NCBI RefSeq assembly: GCF_964213995.1
Contig: NW_027590151.1
Location: 1-64,000 of the forward strand
Origin: Mustelus asterias
Lineage: Eukaryota
Direction: 5' to 3'
Length of the DNA: 64,000 nt
The position numbers and the translations under genes are program-made. Of this stretch, positions 24,340 to 37,815 are shown piece after piece. Positions within the stretch are counted from its first letter, which is position 1, and the number at the start of each line of letters is the position of its first letter. The notes under the pieces were generated by a model that saw only the letters and a list, made by a program, of their open reading frames with translations, did not search any database and was not told the DNA's origin.

Positions 24340-24970
24340 TTAGGGAAGGGGATGAGAGTGAAGGTAAAGATTATGGGTGAAGACTTGAAGAATATGAGTA
24401 GCTTCAAGTTCCTGGGGTCAGTGATGGGAGGAGATGGAAATTTGGAAATGAAGAAACAGATTAGCTCTGGCTGCAGTAATTGGAAGATGTGCAGTGGAAT
24501 ATTCGGTGATAGAAAATCATCACTGAACTTGAAAAGAAAGAATCTACAATCACAAAGTAGTTGAGGCCAAAACATTGTGTGATTTCAAGAAGAAATTAGA
24601 TATAGCTCTTGGGACTAAAGGGATCAGGATATTGAATTCGATGATCAGCCATGATCATAATGAATGGCGCAGCAGGATCGAAGGGCCGAATGGCCTACTC
24701 CTGCTTCTAGTTTTTATGTTTCTATGTAGTGGAGAAGAGATTGAAATGGTCTGGACATCTGTTATGGAGAGTGAGGGAGGAAATGTGGTGAGGGGAGTGA
24801 TGGACATGGGACTGTCAGGAAGAAGGAGAGGAGGAATGTCTAAGACCAGATGGAAAGATGTGGTGGACAGAATCAGAAATACAGTGGGATTGGGAGAGGG
24901 ATGGTGACTGACAGGAGGAGATGGTGAAGCAGCTTTGTGGTGATTCCAAGTAAAATGGGAAGAGGAGGAA
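24340..24970 (+). mobile_element. RTE-clade LINE relic interrupted by a CR1 3' end (24555..24727)
   Basis: SSFKFLGSVMGGDG..KQISSGCSNWKMCSGIFGDRK and GRRRGGMSKTRWKDVV. Confidence 0.6.
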
Positions 24971-25031
24971 GAAAAACACCCAGATCCCAGTGAACATGGA
25001 TGTGGTTAACAGCAAAACCAAATTGTGGTAG

Positions 25032-26153
25032 TTACTCGTGAACTGACTGGTGTCTCAGCAGATTGGATAACTCGATGAATCCTTTCCCGCACTGGGAACA
25101 GGTGAATGCCTCTCCCCAGTGTGAATTCGCTGGTGCCTCTGCAGGTTGGCTGACTGAGTGAATCCCTTCCCACATTTAGGGCAGGTGAATGGCCTTTCTC
25201 CAGTGTGTGTGCGCTGGTGTTTCAGCAGGGTGGATAAATCAGTGAATCCCTTCCCGCACTCGGAGCAGATGAACGGTCTCTCCTCGGTGTGAATTCGTTG
25301 GTGAACAGTCAGGTTTGTTGAACTCCTGAACCCAGTCCCGCAGTGAGTGCACTTGAATGGTCTCTCGTCCGTGTGAACGCGTTGATGGGACATCAGTTGG
25401 CTGGAACTTTTATAGCACTTCCCACAGTCTGGGCATTTAAAAGGTCTCTCGTCAGTGTGAACTCGCTGGTGTATCAGCAAGTCAGATGGCCGAGTGAATC
25501 CCTTCCCACACTCGGAGCCAGGTGAATGGCTTCTCCCCAGTGTGAGTCAGTTTGTGTAAATGCAGGCTGCTGGACTGAGTGAATCCCTTCCCACACTCGG
25601 AGCAGGTGAACGGTCTCTCCCCAGTGTGAACCTGCCGGTGAACCAAGAGGTTGGATAATTGAATGAATCCCTTCCCACACTCAGAGCAGGTAAATGGTCT
25701 CTCTCCAGAGTGAACTCGCTGGTGCGTCTGTAGGTGGGATGACCGAGTGAAACTCTTCCTACACACGGAACAGGTGAATGGCTTTTCCCCAGTGTGATCA
25801 CGTTGGTGTGTCAGCAGGTGGGATAACTGAGTGAATCCCTTCCCACACTGAGAGCAGGGGAATGGCCTCTCCCCAGTGTGAACTCGCCGGTGATTCAGCA
25901 AGGTTGCTGACCGAGTGAATCCCTTCCCACACTCGGGGCAGGTGAACGGCCTCTCCCCACTATGAAGTCGCTGGTGATTCTGCAGGGCAGATGAATGACT
26001 GAATTCCTTCCCACAGTCCCCACATTTCCACACCTTCTCCCTGGTGTGACTGCGCTTGTGTCTCGACAGGCCAGATGACTGGCTGAAGCCTCGCCCACAC
26101 ACAGAACACACGTACAGTTTCTCTCCACTGTGAACAGTGCTTTTTCCTTCCAT
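25032..26153 (-). pseudogene. C2H2 ZNF, 13 fingers, with +1 (~25520) and -1 (~25108) frameshifts
   Basis: ORF 25482..26159 (7 fingers) continues in ORF 25055..25480; acceptor at ~26262; could still give a 7-finger product. Confidence 0.8.
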
Positions 26154-28115
26154 GTTCAAAATCCGATGAAATTCAGGTTATGATAAATTAGGTGACCCCG
26201 TCAGATTTTGATGTGATGTTTGATTTCTGTTTCCTGACTGCAAATCCTCCCCTTCTAAAACCCTGTGAAATTGATTTAAAACAGAAAAAAGGGCGTGAGA
26301 GAGAACCCACAAGAACACAAAGACAGGTTGTGAAATTGAGCTGAATGAATCTGGTAATTTGTGGGGCCGGCACTAGGAAAACGTGACCATGGAAACTGCT
26401 GGATTGTCACAAAAATCAGACAGGTTCAGTAATATCCTTCAGGGAAGAGAACCTGCCGCCTGTTCTGTGCCTTCACAAGACTCTGGACACAATGTGAAGA
26501 GAGACAGAGAGTGATATATATACACATAATATATACATACACACGAGAGAGATTGCCCCAATACAAACTTCACTCCCTAACCACGCTATCCTTCTCCCGA
26601 GCAACTATCTGAAGTGAAATTAATTTCACAACATTACTGCCATCCTTTACCCAAAACTGAGCTTCCGACCCTGTACCTCTAGACTTAACCACCCCATCTC
26701 TGAAATCTCCTCCATCACACAACCCTGTGAGATATCTGTACTGATCTAATTGTGGCATCATGAGTGTTCCACATTTCAATCACACCAACACTGTGAAAAA
26801 GTGTGTGTAACTGGAAAACACAGATCAACGTCCACAACCAACACCCGCCCCGATACAAGTCATTCTTAATTGGTCAATCTCTGCTTCAAGGCTCGTTTCT
26901 GGGACAAACGCCTGCAACAAAATAATAGCAAAATACTGTGGTTGCTGAAAATCTGAAATAAAAAGAGCAAATACTGAAAATACTTAACTTGTTAGCTAGT
27001 AACTGTGGCAAGAGAACAGAGTTAAAATATCTGAGTGTGCATAATCAATATGGGTATACAATCAGGATCAAGCGTAGGCCATTCAGCCCCTCAATCCTGC
27101 TCCACCATTTAATAAGATCATGGCTAATCTGATAGTAACTTCAAATCTTCAATTCCAGGGAATTATGGTGCAGATTTGATGTTTAATATCAGCCAATGAG
27201 CAAAAGAGAAATGATCTCTAGTGCAGGAAAAAGAATTCCTGACCATTGGGAGATAAAGATGGTACATCAGAAGCACATAGCTGAGGGATGGGAAAAGGTG
27301 AAAGCTTCATTTAGACACAGTTGCAAGAAAATAACAGTAAAATAGCAAACACGGTTAAAATAAATCTACTACTGGAAAAATAGAGAGTTAAACAATGACA
27401 GAGGTAATCAGAGAGGGCAGAGGTGAAACAGAGCAATGGATGGATATGGATTCAGATCCAAAGGAAAGGAGTCAGACCAGCCGGAGAGATAGAACAGAGC
27501 ACAAATAACAGAGCATGGCACTAAAAGCACTGGATTGTAGATGAATGCTCAATAATACTCACTTCTGGAACTATTTGAAAACTTCCTGCTGCAGCTGGAA
27601 AGATATCGCAAGCATTGGAATCAGAGAAATCACAGACTTCAAATCTTCCAACTCCCTGTAAAAGGAGATTACAAGAGTCATGTGTCAACTGTGGTTAGAA
27701 AATAAGAGATAAACATTTTTCTTGGTTTGCGATTGCTCCCCTTTTAACCCCCTGTAAAAGGGTGCAGGATTATGTAAAATGGGATATGCTTACATTGGAA
27801 GTAATTCAGACAAGGTTCACTGAGCTGATTCCAGGCACAATGTTTTTTTTTAAATGAGGAAACATTGGGCAGGGTGTACCTATACTCATTAGATTTTAGA
27901 TAAATGTTGAAACTGAAGCATATAAGATTCTGTGGGTGCTTGACAGGATAAGTGCTGCAAGGATGTTTCCCCTCAGAGGGAAATGTGGAACTGCAGAGAC
28001 AGTTTAAAAGTAAGGGTTGAAGACAGAGATGAGGAGAAATCACTTCGCTCAGAGGTCCAGTAGCCCGTGCAATTCTCTCCTTCAGTGAGCAATGGAAGCT
28101 GGCTCATTGGGTATA

Positions 28116-28183
28116 CACAGTAAGCGTTTTAACAACACCAGGTTACACTGTGTTTACCCCAGTCCAACGCTGGCATCTCCACA
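28116..28183. mobile_element. Tiny Penelope-like insertion
   Basis: Terminal sequences of the 4862 family; 12-bp TSD tcattgggtata at 28104..28115 and 28184..28195. Confidence 0.75.
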
Positions 28184-28379
28184 TCATTGGGTATATTCAG
28201 GGCTGTGTTATGCACCATTTTTACCGACAAGGGAGTGGTGGGTTGGGGAGGTTGGGGCTGGAGGAACATTGAGTGAAGGCAATGATCAGATGAAGCACTG
28301 ACTGGCAGAGCAGCCTCGATGGGTGGAATGGCCTGACACATGCGCACTGATTCACATTCCCACCTACAGAAGGGCGGCA

Positions 28380-29100
28380 GTCAGCCCAGGCCCAACACGA
28401 CCAGCTGCGGCTCCATTTGGTACAAACGGGGGGGACCGGGATGTTCTTTCCCGGGATTTGAACAACATGTTTCCGAAGCCTCTCCAACCGCCACATTCAC
28501 CGCGCGCCGCTCTTCACCTCCTATTGACCCGGGATCCGAGTTCAAACCGGCTGTCGCCATTACCCGCACTGCGCATGCCCGAAACTCCGCCCCTCATTCC
28601 GTCTGATTGGTTGGAGGACCAGCCACTCCCGTTTGGTCCTCCAGGCCCGCCTCTCATTCACTGATTGGTTGGAGGACCAGCCACTCCCGTTTGGTCCTCC
28701 AGCCCCGCCCCTCATTCACTCTGATTGGTCCGGAGCTGCCGTCAATCTGTTCCCGGGCCCAGCGAGCTGGAGCATGCGCAGTGCCGATTCCGGATGGGGT
28801 CAGTTTGGTTGGAAACTGGCAGCGGGTCAGATTCAGAAACGAGGTGAGCGGGAAACACTGGACCCGGCGGGTAGTGTGGGAGGCTAAAGAAATACAAGGT
28901 GTAGGCCCAGAACCGCCAACGAAAAACCATCGGCCTTCCATTTGCCACACTGGAGCCGTCGTTTTTTTTGTTCCGCGGTTGAAGGCTCGGGTTAGCGCCG
29001 CCATCTTTATAGGGGGCAACATTCTGCAATGCGCATGCGCCATCTTGATCATGGCCCATGTACTGCAGTGCGCAGGCGCGGCCATTGTGGCTGGACTCTG
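28380..29100. promoter_or_regulatory. Bidirectional CpG-island promoter with cassette 28567..28785 and a YY1/NRF1 cluster
   Basis: Two tandem ~58-bp GC-box/CCAAT/inverted-repeat units flanked by inverted GCACTGCGCATGC; GCCGCCATCTT and TGCGCATGCGC at 28995-29085; lies between ZNFs 26153(-) and 31598(+). Confidence 0.8.
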
Positions 29101-29135
29101 GGGAGGATTCCCAGTCTCTGACCTGCTCTTGTTTT

Positions 29136-29381
29136 AAGAAGTCTCACACCTGGTTAAAGTCCAACAGGTTTATTTGGTAGCAAAAGCCACTCGCTTTCGG
29201 AGCTCTGCTCCTTCATCAGGTGAGTGCGAGTTCTGTTCACAAACAGGGCACAAAGACACAAACTCAATTTACAAGATAATGGTTGGAATGCGAGTCTTTT
29301 CAGGTAATCAAGTCTTAAAGGTACAGACAATGTGAGTGGAGAGAGGGTTAAGCACAAGTTAAAGAGATGTGTATTGTCTCT
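29136..29381 (-). mobile_element. Penelope-like pseudo-LTR with hammerhead core (29186..29226)
   Basis: Minus strand CAC CTGATGA A GGAGC AGA GCTCC GAAA GC GA GTG (cleavage triplet altered). Confidence 0.78.
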
Positions 29382-29857
29382 TGTCGACACAGGCTCTTGT
29401 AGGTACAGTATTCATATGTCGTCCAGTTCAGTTTTTGGTCAATGGTAATCCCCAGGATGTTGATAGTGGGGGAATTCATTGATGGTAATGCCATTTAATA
29501 TCATGGAGATGAGGGTTAGATTCCCTCTTGTTGGGGATGGCATTGGCTGACATTTGTGTGTCGTGAAGGTTACTTGTCACTTATTAACCCAAACCTGAAC
29601 ATTATCCAGGTCTTGCTGCTTTTGGACATGGACTGCTTCAATATCTGGGGAGTCATGAACATTGCTGAACTTTGTATAATCACCAGTGAACATCCCTTCT
29701 CCCCCCCGCCCCTTTTCTGAGCTTATGGCGGAGGGAAGTTATTGAAGAAGTCACTGGAGTTGGTTGGACCAAGGACAGGACTCTGAGGAACTCCTGAAGT
29801 GATGCCTTGGGCCTGAAATGATTGATCTCCAACAATCACAACCATCTATACTTGTGA

Positions 29858-30019
29858 TCTGGAGATGCCAGCATTGGACTGGGGTGGGCCCAGTAAGAAG
29901 TCTCACAACACCAGGTTAAAGTCCAACAGGTTTATTTAGAATCATGAACTTTCGGAGTGCTTCTCCGTCACCTGATGAAAGCTCGTGATTCCAAATAAAC
30001 CTGTTGGACTGTAACCTGA
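29858..30019. mobile_element. Penelope-like fold-back, older subfamily
   Basis: ggttaaagtccaacaggtttattt..aaataaacctgttggact inverted arms; the plus-strand hammerhead lacks stem II (CTGATGAAAGCTCGTG). Confidence 0.7.
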
Positions 30020-31597
30020 TCTCTATTTGTGTGAGGTGTGACTGAACTAGTGCAGAGGTTTTGCCCTGATTCCCATTAACCTCAATTTAGATAGGATTCC
30101 TCGTGTTGACCTCTTTTATCCATGTTTAGATCAAGGCTGTAGTGAGTTTAGGAGCTGAGTGGCTCTGGTGGAACCCAAACTGAGCTTCAGGGAGCAAATT
30201 ATTATTTTGTAAGTACCATTTGATTGCACTGTCTAGAATCCTTTCCATCACTTTGCTGATGATCAAAATCCTGTAACTCTCTTCCTAACAGCACTGTGTA
30301 GCTGCAGCACATGGACTGCAGCAGTTCAAGAAGGCAGCTCACCACTCCTTTCTTGAGGGCAATTAGCAATAAATGTCGGCTTAATCAGCAACGCCCAGAT
30401 CCCACAGAGGAACTTTTAAAAATTAGGAAAGGTAAAACAATGTTATGGTTTTGTGAGGGGAATTGAATACATAACAAAAAGAACTGATGTGGCTGCACTT
30501 GGCCAGGCTGGATTTGTCCTGCTTTCTGTGGACGGCACAAACCTGCGCAATTTTTGACATTATTAGGTAGGTGTCAATACTCCAACAGCACATCAGCAGC
30601 TTGCTGGAAAATCATTAAGGAAGTGAAACCTTGTCCATTTTGGAGTTGTCTGACATCACTCTGGGTCTTTGGATTACTCGTCCAGTGACAAAACCACAAT
30701 GCCACCATCTCCCCATAAGGTTATTGGTCTCTATGGGGAGATAACAATAGAGATATCTCCAGTGTTGTTTTATATACACATTAGATATAATAATCATGTT
30801 TCAGTTATAGAATATATTTATTATTTCCATTCTTGTAATCTAGTACTGTAACTATGTTACATCGTTCCAGTTTGTGACAGTACAGATCAGAAGGAATCTG
30901 GTTTAAAATTTGAGTCCCTGTCAACTCTCTGCATTCCAATCCACTCAGTCCCATTCCGTCCTCTTTATCCCCTTACTGTGTATGTCATTTTCCTTTGAGT
31001 GTCCACCCAATATCATTTTGAAACTTTATCTTCTCTTTAACCATCCTCAGAGACATTCCAGATTTTGACCACTCGCTGTCAAGATAAAATTATTCCTCCC
31101 ATTCCCCCTTCCCACCTCTCTCTAATTAAGAAATGCAGTATTTATACCACATATTTTTAGTCCAGTTATATGACCACAGAAACTAGAAATGTCTGTGCTG
31201 AATGTTAATCCTGTACTGACAGAGACAACTTTTGTAAATTCCTTTTACAGAATATCAGAAGGTGAGGATTTGCAGACAGAATTCTCAAACCAAATGTCAG
31301 GTGAAGAATGGCCAGAATTGCTCGATCGTCAGGACCTGAATATCATTGGCCTTTGAATCGAGAAGGAGAATGTTTCTCTGTTCTGTCTGCTTCAGAAAAT
31401 TTTAAACGTCAGTGTGACTTGAAAAGCACGAAACACACATGCAAATGAGAGCGTTCCAGTGCACTGACTGAGGAAAGAGCTTTGACCAGTTAGATAATCT
31501 AAAGAAACATTACAGGAGAGAAAGACCATATCTGTGCTGAAGCTGTGGGCACCTCAGCTGATCAATAAACCTGGAGAAACACAAGGACGCCCGCACC

Positions 31598-32692
31598 ATG
31601 GAGAAACCGTGGAAATGCGGGGACTGTGGGAAAGGATTCAGATCCCCATCCGAGCTGGAAATTCATCGACGCAGTCACACCGGAGAGAGACCGTTCACCT
31701 GCTCTAAGTGTGGGAAGGGATTCACTAATTCATCTGATCTGCACACACACCAGCGAGTTCACACAGGAGAGAGGCCCTTCACCTGCTCTGTGTGTGGGAA
31801 AGGATTCACTCGCTCATCCAACCTGTTAGAACACCAGAAAATTCACACTGGAAACAAGCCATTCACCTGTTCTGTTTGTGGAAAGGGATTCTCGTGGTCC
31901 TCCCACCTCCTGGTACACCAGCGAGTTCACACTGGGGAGAGGCCGTTCACCTGCTCTGTGTGTGGGAAGGGATTCACTCGGTCCTGTAAACTGCAGATGC
32001 ACCAGCGATTTCATGCTAGTGAGAGGCCGTTCACCTGTTCTGAGTGTGGGAAGGGATTCATTTATTCATCTACCCTGCGGACACACCAGCGAGTTCACAC
32101 TGGGGAGAGGCCATTCACCTGCTCTGAATGTGGGAAGGGATTCACTCGGTCAGCCCACCTACAGACACACCAGCGAATTCACACTGGGGAGAGGCCATTC
32201 CCCTGCTCCGATTGTGGGAAGGGATTTACTCGGTTTTCCATCTTGAAAACTCACCAGCGAGTTCACAGTAGGGAGAAGCTATTCACCTGCTGTCAATGTG
32301 GAGAGGAATTCTCTCGGTTATCCATCCTGCAGACACACCAGCGAATTCACACAGGTGAGAAACCGTTCACATGTTCTGACTGTGGGAAGAGATTCTTTCA
32401 TTCATCCGCCCTGCTGAGACATCAGCGAGTTCACACCAAGGAGAGGCCATTCCCCTGTTCCGAGTGTGGGAAAGCATTCACGCAGTTATCCAATCTGCAA
32501 ACACACCAACAAATTCACACAGGGGAGAGACCGTTCACCTGCTCTGTGTGTGGAAAGGGGTTCACTCGATTATCCCACCTGCGGACACACCAGCGAATCC
32601 ACACTGGGGAGAGGCCGTTCCCCTGCTCTGAATGTGGGAAGGGATTCACTCGGTTATCCATCCTTAAGACACATCAGCGAGTTCACAAGTGA
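31598..32692 (+). CDS. Tandem C2H2 zinc-finger protein, 13 fingers
   Basis: 364-aa ORF (13 x 28 aa), gcaccATGg start; acceptor ttttacag|a at 31251. Confidence 0.92.
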   Translation: MEKPWKCGDCGKGFRSPSELEIHRRSHTGERPFTCSKCGKGFTNSSDLHTHQRVHTGERPFTCSVCGKGFTRSSNLLEHQKIHTGNKPFTCSVCGKGFSWSSHLLVHQRVHTGERPFTCSVCGKGFTRSCKLQMHQRFHASERPFTCSECGKGFIYSSTLRTHQRVHTGERPFTCSECGKGFTRSAHLQTHQRIHTGERPFPCSDCGKGFTRFSILKTHQRVHSREKLFTCCQCGEEFSRLSILQTHQRIHTGEKPFTCSDCGKRFFHSSALLRHQRVHTKERPFPCSECGKAFTQLSNLQTHQQIHTGERPFTCSVCGKGFTRLSHLRTHQRIHTGERPFPCSECGKGFTRLSILKTHQRVHK

Positions 32693-32733
32693 TTGCAGGG
32701 GGTGGATTGTGCTGTTATTGCTGCTGTTAATCA

Positions 32734-32837
32734 CAGTAAGAAGTCTCACAACACCAGGTTAAAGTTTGGACTTTAAGCTGGTGTTGTGAGACTTCTCACT
32801 GTGCTTACCCCAGTCCAATGCCGGCATCTCCACATCA
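32734..32837. mobile_element. Penelope-like hairpin in a ZNF 3'UTR
   Basis: Inverted arms cagtaagaagtctcacaacaccag / ctggtgttgtgagacttctcactg; 9-bp TSD tgttaatca at 32725..32733 and 32838..32846. Confidence 0.8.
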
Positions 32838-33651
32838 TGTTAATCATAACCAGGACTCAACCATGTTCATTCTGACAGTTGGTGAAATGGGAGGGTTGGA
32901 GGGTTTCTTTCTGCTGGAGCCTCCCAACCTTCCTAAAGAGCAGTAACCTGAGCTGGGCTCAGTGTTCTGTTGTGGCCTCACCAGAGCTTTAGAAACTATC
33001 AGAATAACCTCCCTGCTTTTGTTACAATTCCTCAATTTCTGAAGCCCAAGATCCCAGATTTTCCAAACAGGAACATCAAACAGTTTTGCTAGAAAATAAA
33101 ATGCATTTTAACAACATTCTTAAAATGGCAGAAGAAGATTTTGACCAGTGAAGGAACGAGTTGTTGACACAAACAGAAGCTATTTTGACCTTGCTCTCTC
33201 CAAAAGAGAATCCAGAATGTTTGAGTCTGGGAAATGAAATTAAAAATGAAGCTGCAGCTACAACAGAGCAAGAAGAAGACATTTCAATGTGGAATTGAGT
33301 GGAATATTCTCTCTGGATTTAAACAATGGAGGAACTGCAAACGTGAAAGAAAATAAATTTCAAAATGTGAACTCTGAACAGACTGTTTTCAAAATAGAAC
33401 TTGAAAATTCACAAATGAACAGCAATGAAGACTCTCCTTTTGCAGGAGAAACTTTGGATTATAATTATTGGAAGAAGAAAAGTTTCAGAAAAGACTGCAA
33501 ACCGTAATTTCCATCTTCAGTGGACTGAATTCCTGGACATGGAACCCAGCAGTGTGCTGAGTATAAAGAAACTCTTGGGGTGAGGTAAAAAAATGGAACT
33601 AGATTTATATCATAAATCTTTATTGAGTGTAGTATTCAATTTGTAGTGTTA

Positions 33652-34660
33652 GAACATAGAAAGCCACAGCACAAATAGGCCCTTCGGCCCACAAGTTGCG
33701 CTGATCATATCCCTACCTCTAGGCCTATCTATAGCCCTCAATCCCATTAAATCCCATGTACTCATCCAGAAGTCTCTTAAAAGACCCCAACGAGTTTGCC
33801 TCCACCACCACCGACGTCAGCCGATTCCACTCACCCACCACCCTCTGAGTGAAAAACTTACCCCTGACATCTCCTCTGTACCTACCCCCCAGCACCTTAA
33901 ACCTGTGTCCTCTCGTAGCAACCATTTCAGCCCTTGGAAATAGCCTCTGAGAGTCTACCCTATCCAGACCTCTCAACATCTTGTAAACCTCTATCAGGTC
34001 ACCTCTCATCCTTCGTCTCTCCAGGGAGAAGAGACCAAGCTCCCTCAACCTATCCTCATAAGGCATGCCCCCCAATCCAGGCAACATCCTTGTAAATCTC
34101 CTCTGCACCCTTTCAATGGCTTCAACATCTTTCCTGTAATGAGGTGACCAGAAGTGCGCGCAGTACTCCAAGTGGGGTCTAACCAGGGTCCTATAAAGCT
34201 GCAGCATTATCTCCCGACTCCTAAACTCAATCCCTCGATTAATGAAGGCTAGTACGCCGTACGCCTTCTTGACCGCATCCTCCACCTGCGAGGCCGATTT
34301 AAGAGTCCTATGGACCCGGACCCCAAGGTCCTTCTGATCCTCTACACTGCTAAGAATGGTACCCTTCATATTATACTGCTGCTTCATCCCATTGGATCTG
34401 CCAAAATGGATCACTACACACTTATCCGGGTTGAAGTCCATCTGCCACTTCTCCGCCCAGTCTTGCATTCTATCTATGTCTCGCTGCAACTTCTGACATC
34501 CCTCCAAACTATCCACAACACCACCTACCTTGGTGTCGTCAGCAAACTTACCAACCCATCCCTCCACTTCCTCATCCAGGTCATTTATGAAAATGACAAA
34601 CAGCAAGGGTCCCAGAACAGATCCCTGGGGCACTCCACTGGTCACTGACCTCCATGCAGA
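33652..34660 (-). mobile_element. Young 5'-truncated CR1 LINE with an uninterrupted RT C-terminal ORF (33725..34645)
   Basis: SGVPQGSVLGPLLFVIFINDLD..KFADDTK..; 306 aa with no stops. Confidence 0.95.
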
Positions 34661-35089
34661 GGTCTTTTTAAATTTTATTTAAACATACGGTAAAGTTTGT
34701 TTTTGTTTAACAATGTGGAATCTTGTGATGTAATTCTTTCAGTTAATCACTGGGTGTTCGAATTTCTCTGCAAACGTTAACAGTCCTGACCAGGATCGCA
34801 AACATTCACACAAAGTGTTTCAAAACAAATCAAAGAAAAAGATGGTTTTTCTTCTTCAGTCCAAACGTTACACATGAAGAAACCCTCTTCTGGTATCTCC
34901 AATAATTTGTTGCTTCGAGCAATTCTTTTCATGGAACAATCAGATAATTGATGACTGAAAATGGAACTAATTGTATCCCTTTAAAGCAGGAGGGCGATCG
35001 CCCGGCACAGAGGGGAATTAGGGATTTCTCCCATAGACCAATTGACAGGGATTCTACCCTCCAACCACCTGAAGTGAATTCTTTACATG

Positions 35090-35614
35090 AATCATCCGTG
35101 CCAGTGCAGTTATCAACTTGCAGTTTGGCTGATCAGAAAATGCTTTGTTGCTGATTTTCCTTGTGTTAGGAAGTGACAGTGCCAAGGCCAGATCTTGTTT
35201 CCTCCTTGATCGGGATGTAACCCGTGTCCACATCGCCACTTCATTCTTCCACTGGTTGTATGGTTCAGACTCCGAGAGCATCAGCAGGTAATCAGACCCT
35301 GACAATTCCCACTGCCTTTCAGTCATTTCTCACAAAAGCTGCTGGGATTGGAAGCTTCCGTCTGAAATAGACTTTCTTTTAGTTTCCAATCTTCACCATT
35401 AGACAAGCATTTTCTGTTACCATGTTATAATCCTGACAGCCTTGGGGCGGAGTCAATCTTTATTTGGTTTAGATTTGTTCACAGAATCAAACATTACAGG
35501 TTCAACTCTGACTCCAGGTTATATTAGTGAGTCCCACTTTTTACCTGCTCATTATAACTATCTAATCAGTGCCCTCCATCTGAATAAACTTCACCTCTAT
35601 TGATATAATTAACA
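35090..35614 (-). mobile_element. Second GalEa-like Copia relic (LTR 35423..35614, PBS, gag start)
   Basis: TGTTA..TAACA ends; PBS-like TGGTAACAGAA; YNQWKNEVAMWTRVTS..KQDLALALSLP. Confidence 0.7.
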
Positions 35615-36924
35615 GCCACAGTCAGAGCATCCAAAAGATCACTAATGGGTGTGTCTGCCACGGTGTCTCAGCAGCTTGGGTGAACAAGTGAATCCTTTCC
35701 CACACACTGAGCAGGTGAATGGTCTCAGTTTGGAAACTGGGGGAAAATAAAATTTCAGGCAGAAGCTTCCAATCTGGTAGGTTTTATGAGAAATCGCTGA
35801 GAGTGAGTGGGAATTATCAGGGTCTCTCCCCAGTGTGAATTCCCTGATGTTTCAGTAGGTCAGATGATGTTCTAAACCTCTTTGCACAGTGAGAGCGCCT
35901 GAACGGGGTCTCCTCAGTGTGAATGCGCTGGTCGACCCTCAGGTCGGCTCAGGTTTTAAAGCAGCTCCCACAGTCAGAGCATTGAACAGGTTTCTTATTG
36001 GGGGAGGTGCCTCAGTATTCCAGCAGACTGGATGATTGACTGAGTCACTTCCCACACACACATCAGATGAATGGCCTTTCCCCAGTGTGTAATCGTTTGT
36101 GTCTCAGCAGACTAGATAATTGAGTGAATCCCTTCCCACACTCGGAGCAGATGAATGGCCTCGGCCCAGTGTGAATGCGTTGGTTTGTCAGCAGGAGGGA
36201 TGAGTGAGTGAATCCCTTCCACGCTCTGAGCAGGGGAACAGTCCCTCACCCGTGTGAAATCGCTGGTGGTTCTGCAGGGTAGATGACTGAGCGAATCCCT
36301 TTCCACACGCACAACAGGTGAATGGTCTCTCCCCATTGTGAACCCGCTGGTGTGTCAGCAGGGCAGACGAATCGCTGAATTTCTTCCCACACTCAGAGCA
36401 GGTGAATGGCCTCTCCCTGATGTGAAGTCGCTGGTGATTCCTCAGGGTGGATGAATCACGAAATCCCCTTCCAAACTCAGAGCAGGTGAACAGTGTCTCC
36501 ACAGTGTGGCTGCATCGAAGGGTTTCCAGCTTCGAGGGACAATTGAATCCCTTCCCACAGTCCCTACATTTCCATGGTCTGAGTGACTTTGTACATCTCC
36601 AGGTTCAGATGAAGATTTGACCCCACAGATAACACATACATGGTCTCTCTCCTCACTGTGAATCCTTCAATCTTTTCCAGGCTGTGTAACTGGTTAAAGC
36701 TCTTTCCACAGTCAGTTCACTGGAATACTCTCACTCGAGTGTCTGTGTCTCAGTGATTTTCCAGTCACACTGATGTTTAAACAGTTTGAAGGAACAGACA
36801 AACATTTTCCATTCTAGTTTCAAATGCCGATGGTATTCAGATCCTGAATAATTGGGTGACTCTGTCAGATCCTAACGTCATGTTTGTTGAGATTTGTGTC
36901 TGTAAATTCTCCCCTTCTAATAGC
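35615..36924 (-). pseudogene. Degenerate C2H2 ZNF exon
   Basis: Finger repeats with frameshifts (ORF 36188..36502 and others); acceptor at ~36924. Confidence 0.82.
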
Positions 36925-37615
36925 CTGTGAAAGAAATTCACAAAAATCATTGCTGTCAGTACAGGATAAAAACTCAGAACAGACAATTCTAGTTTCTGTG
37001 GAACATTCTTTCCTCTCATTCTTGAAAATTTGTAAATCTCCATCTCAAACACTCTCCCTCCATTCTCACTTTGCTAGACCTGAAATAGACATTGTCCTGA
37101 GGATGCTGATTCATCCTAATCGACAGATCTGTGCTGACTGTTCCATGTACAGGACACATATTCCTGAAATCTTCACACAGGCTTGTGTCTAAGCATATCA
37201 AAAATTTGCATATTTAGTGAAGTAAAAATGTAAGCAATATTCAGAACTCTATTACATGATTAGAGATACAGATGGGTGCGGAAGAACTTGAGTTGGGGAG
37301 CAAGCAATCATGTTCTGGAACTCACTGACGATGAGAGTGGTGGAAGTGGAGACGACCAGTGATTTCAAAATAAAATTGGTCGGGCACTTGAAGGAATTAA
37401 ACGTACTGGGGAACAGGGATATCGAGGAAAAATGGCACTGAGTGGATTCCCCGACAGAGACTTGGCACGGAGTCAAGTTGCTGAATTAATTTATCTTGTG
37501 CTCTGATGACTCTTTGACTGGAAAATATACAGAGTAGTTACAATACTATTCTGGAATTAAACAACATCAACTGTAATACAAATCCATAAATAATATACCT
37601 AATATGCACCATATA

Positions 37616-37815
37616 GTAAGTAGTCTCACAACACGAGGTTAAAGTCCAACAGGTTTATTTGGAATCACAAGCTTTCAGAGCGCTGCCCCTTCATCAGGTG
37701 AGAAGGAGCAGCGCTCTGAAAGCTCGTGATTCCAAATAAACCTGTTGGACTTTAACCAGGTGTTGTGAGACTTCTTACTGTGCCCACCCCAGTCCAACAC
37801 CGGCATCTCCACATC
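37616..37815. mobile_element. Penelope-like fold-back with a hammerhead motif on minus (37665..37702)
   Basis: 14-bp TSD atatgcaccatata at 37602..37615 and 37816..37829; CAC CTGATGA A GGGGC AGC GCTCT GAAA GC TT GTG. Confidence 0.8.

Noticed and set aside
31626-32762. Alternative-frame and antisense ORFs over the ZNF arrays (GRDSL/HTSEFTL repeats)
   Set aside because: Shadow frames produced by repetitive finger codons
33725-34645. Domesticated reverse transcriptase gene
   Set aside because: 5'-truncated mid-RT with a normal CR1 tail; the open frame reflects recent insertion
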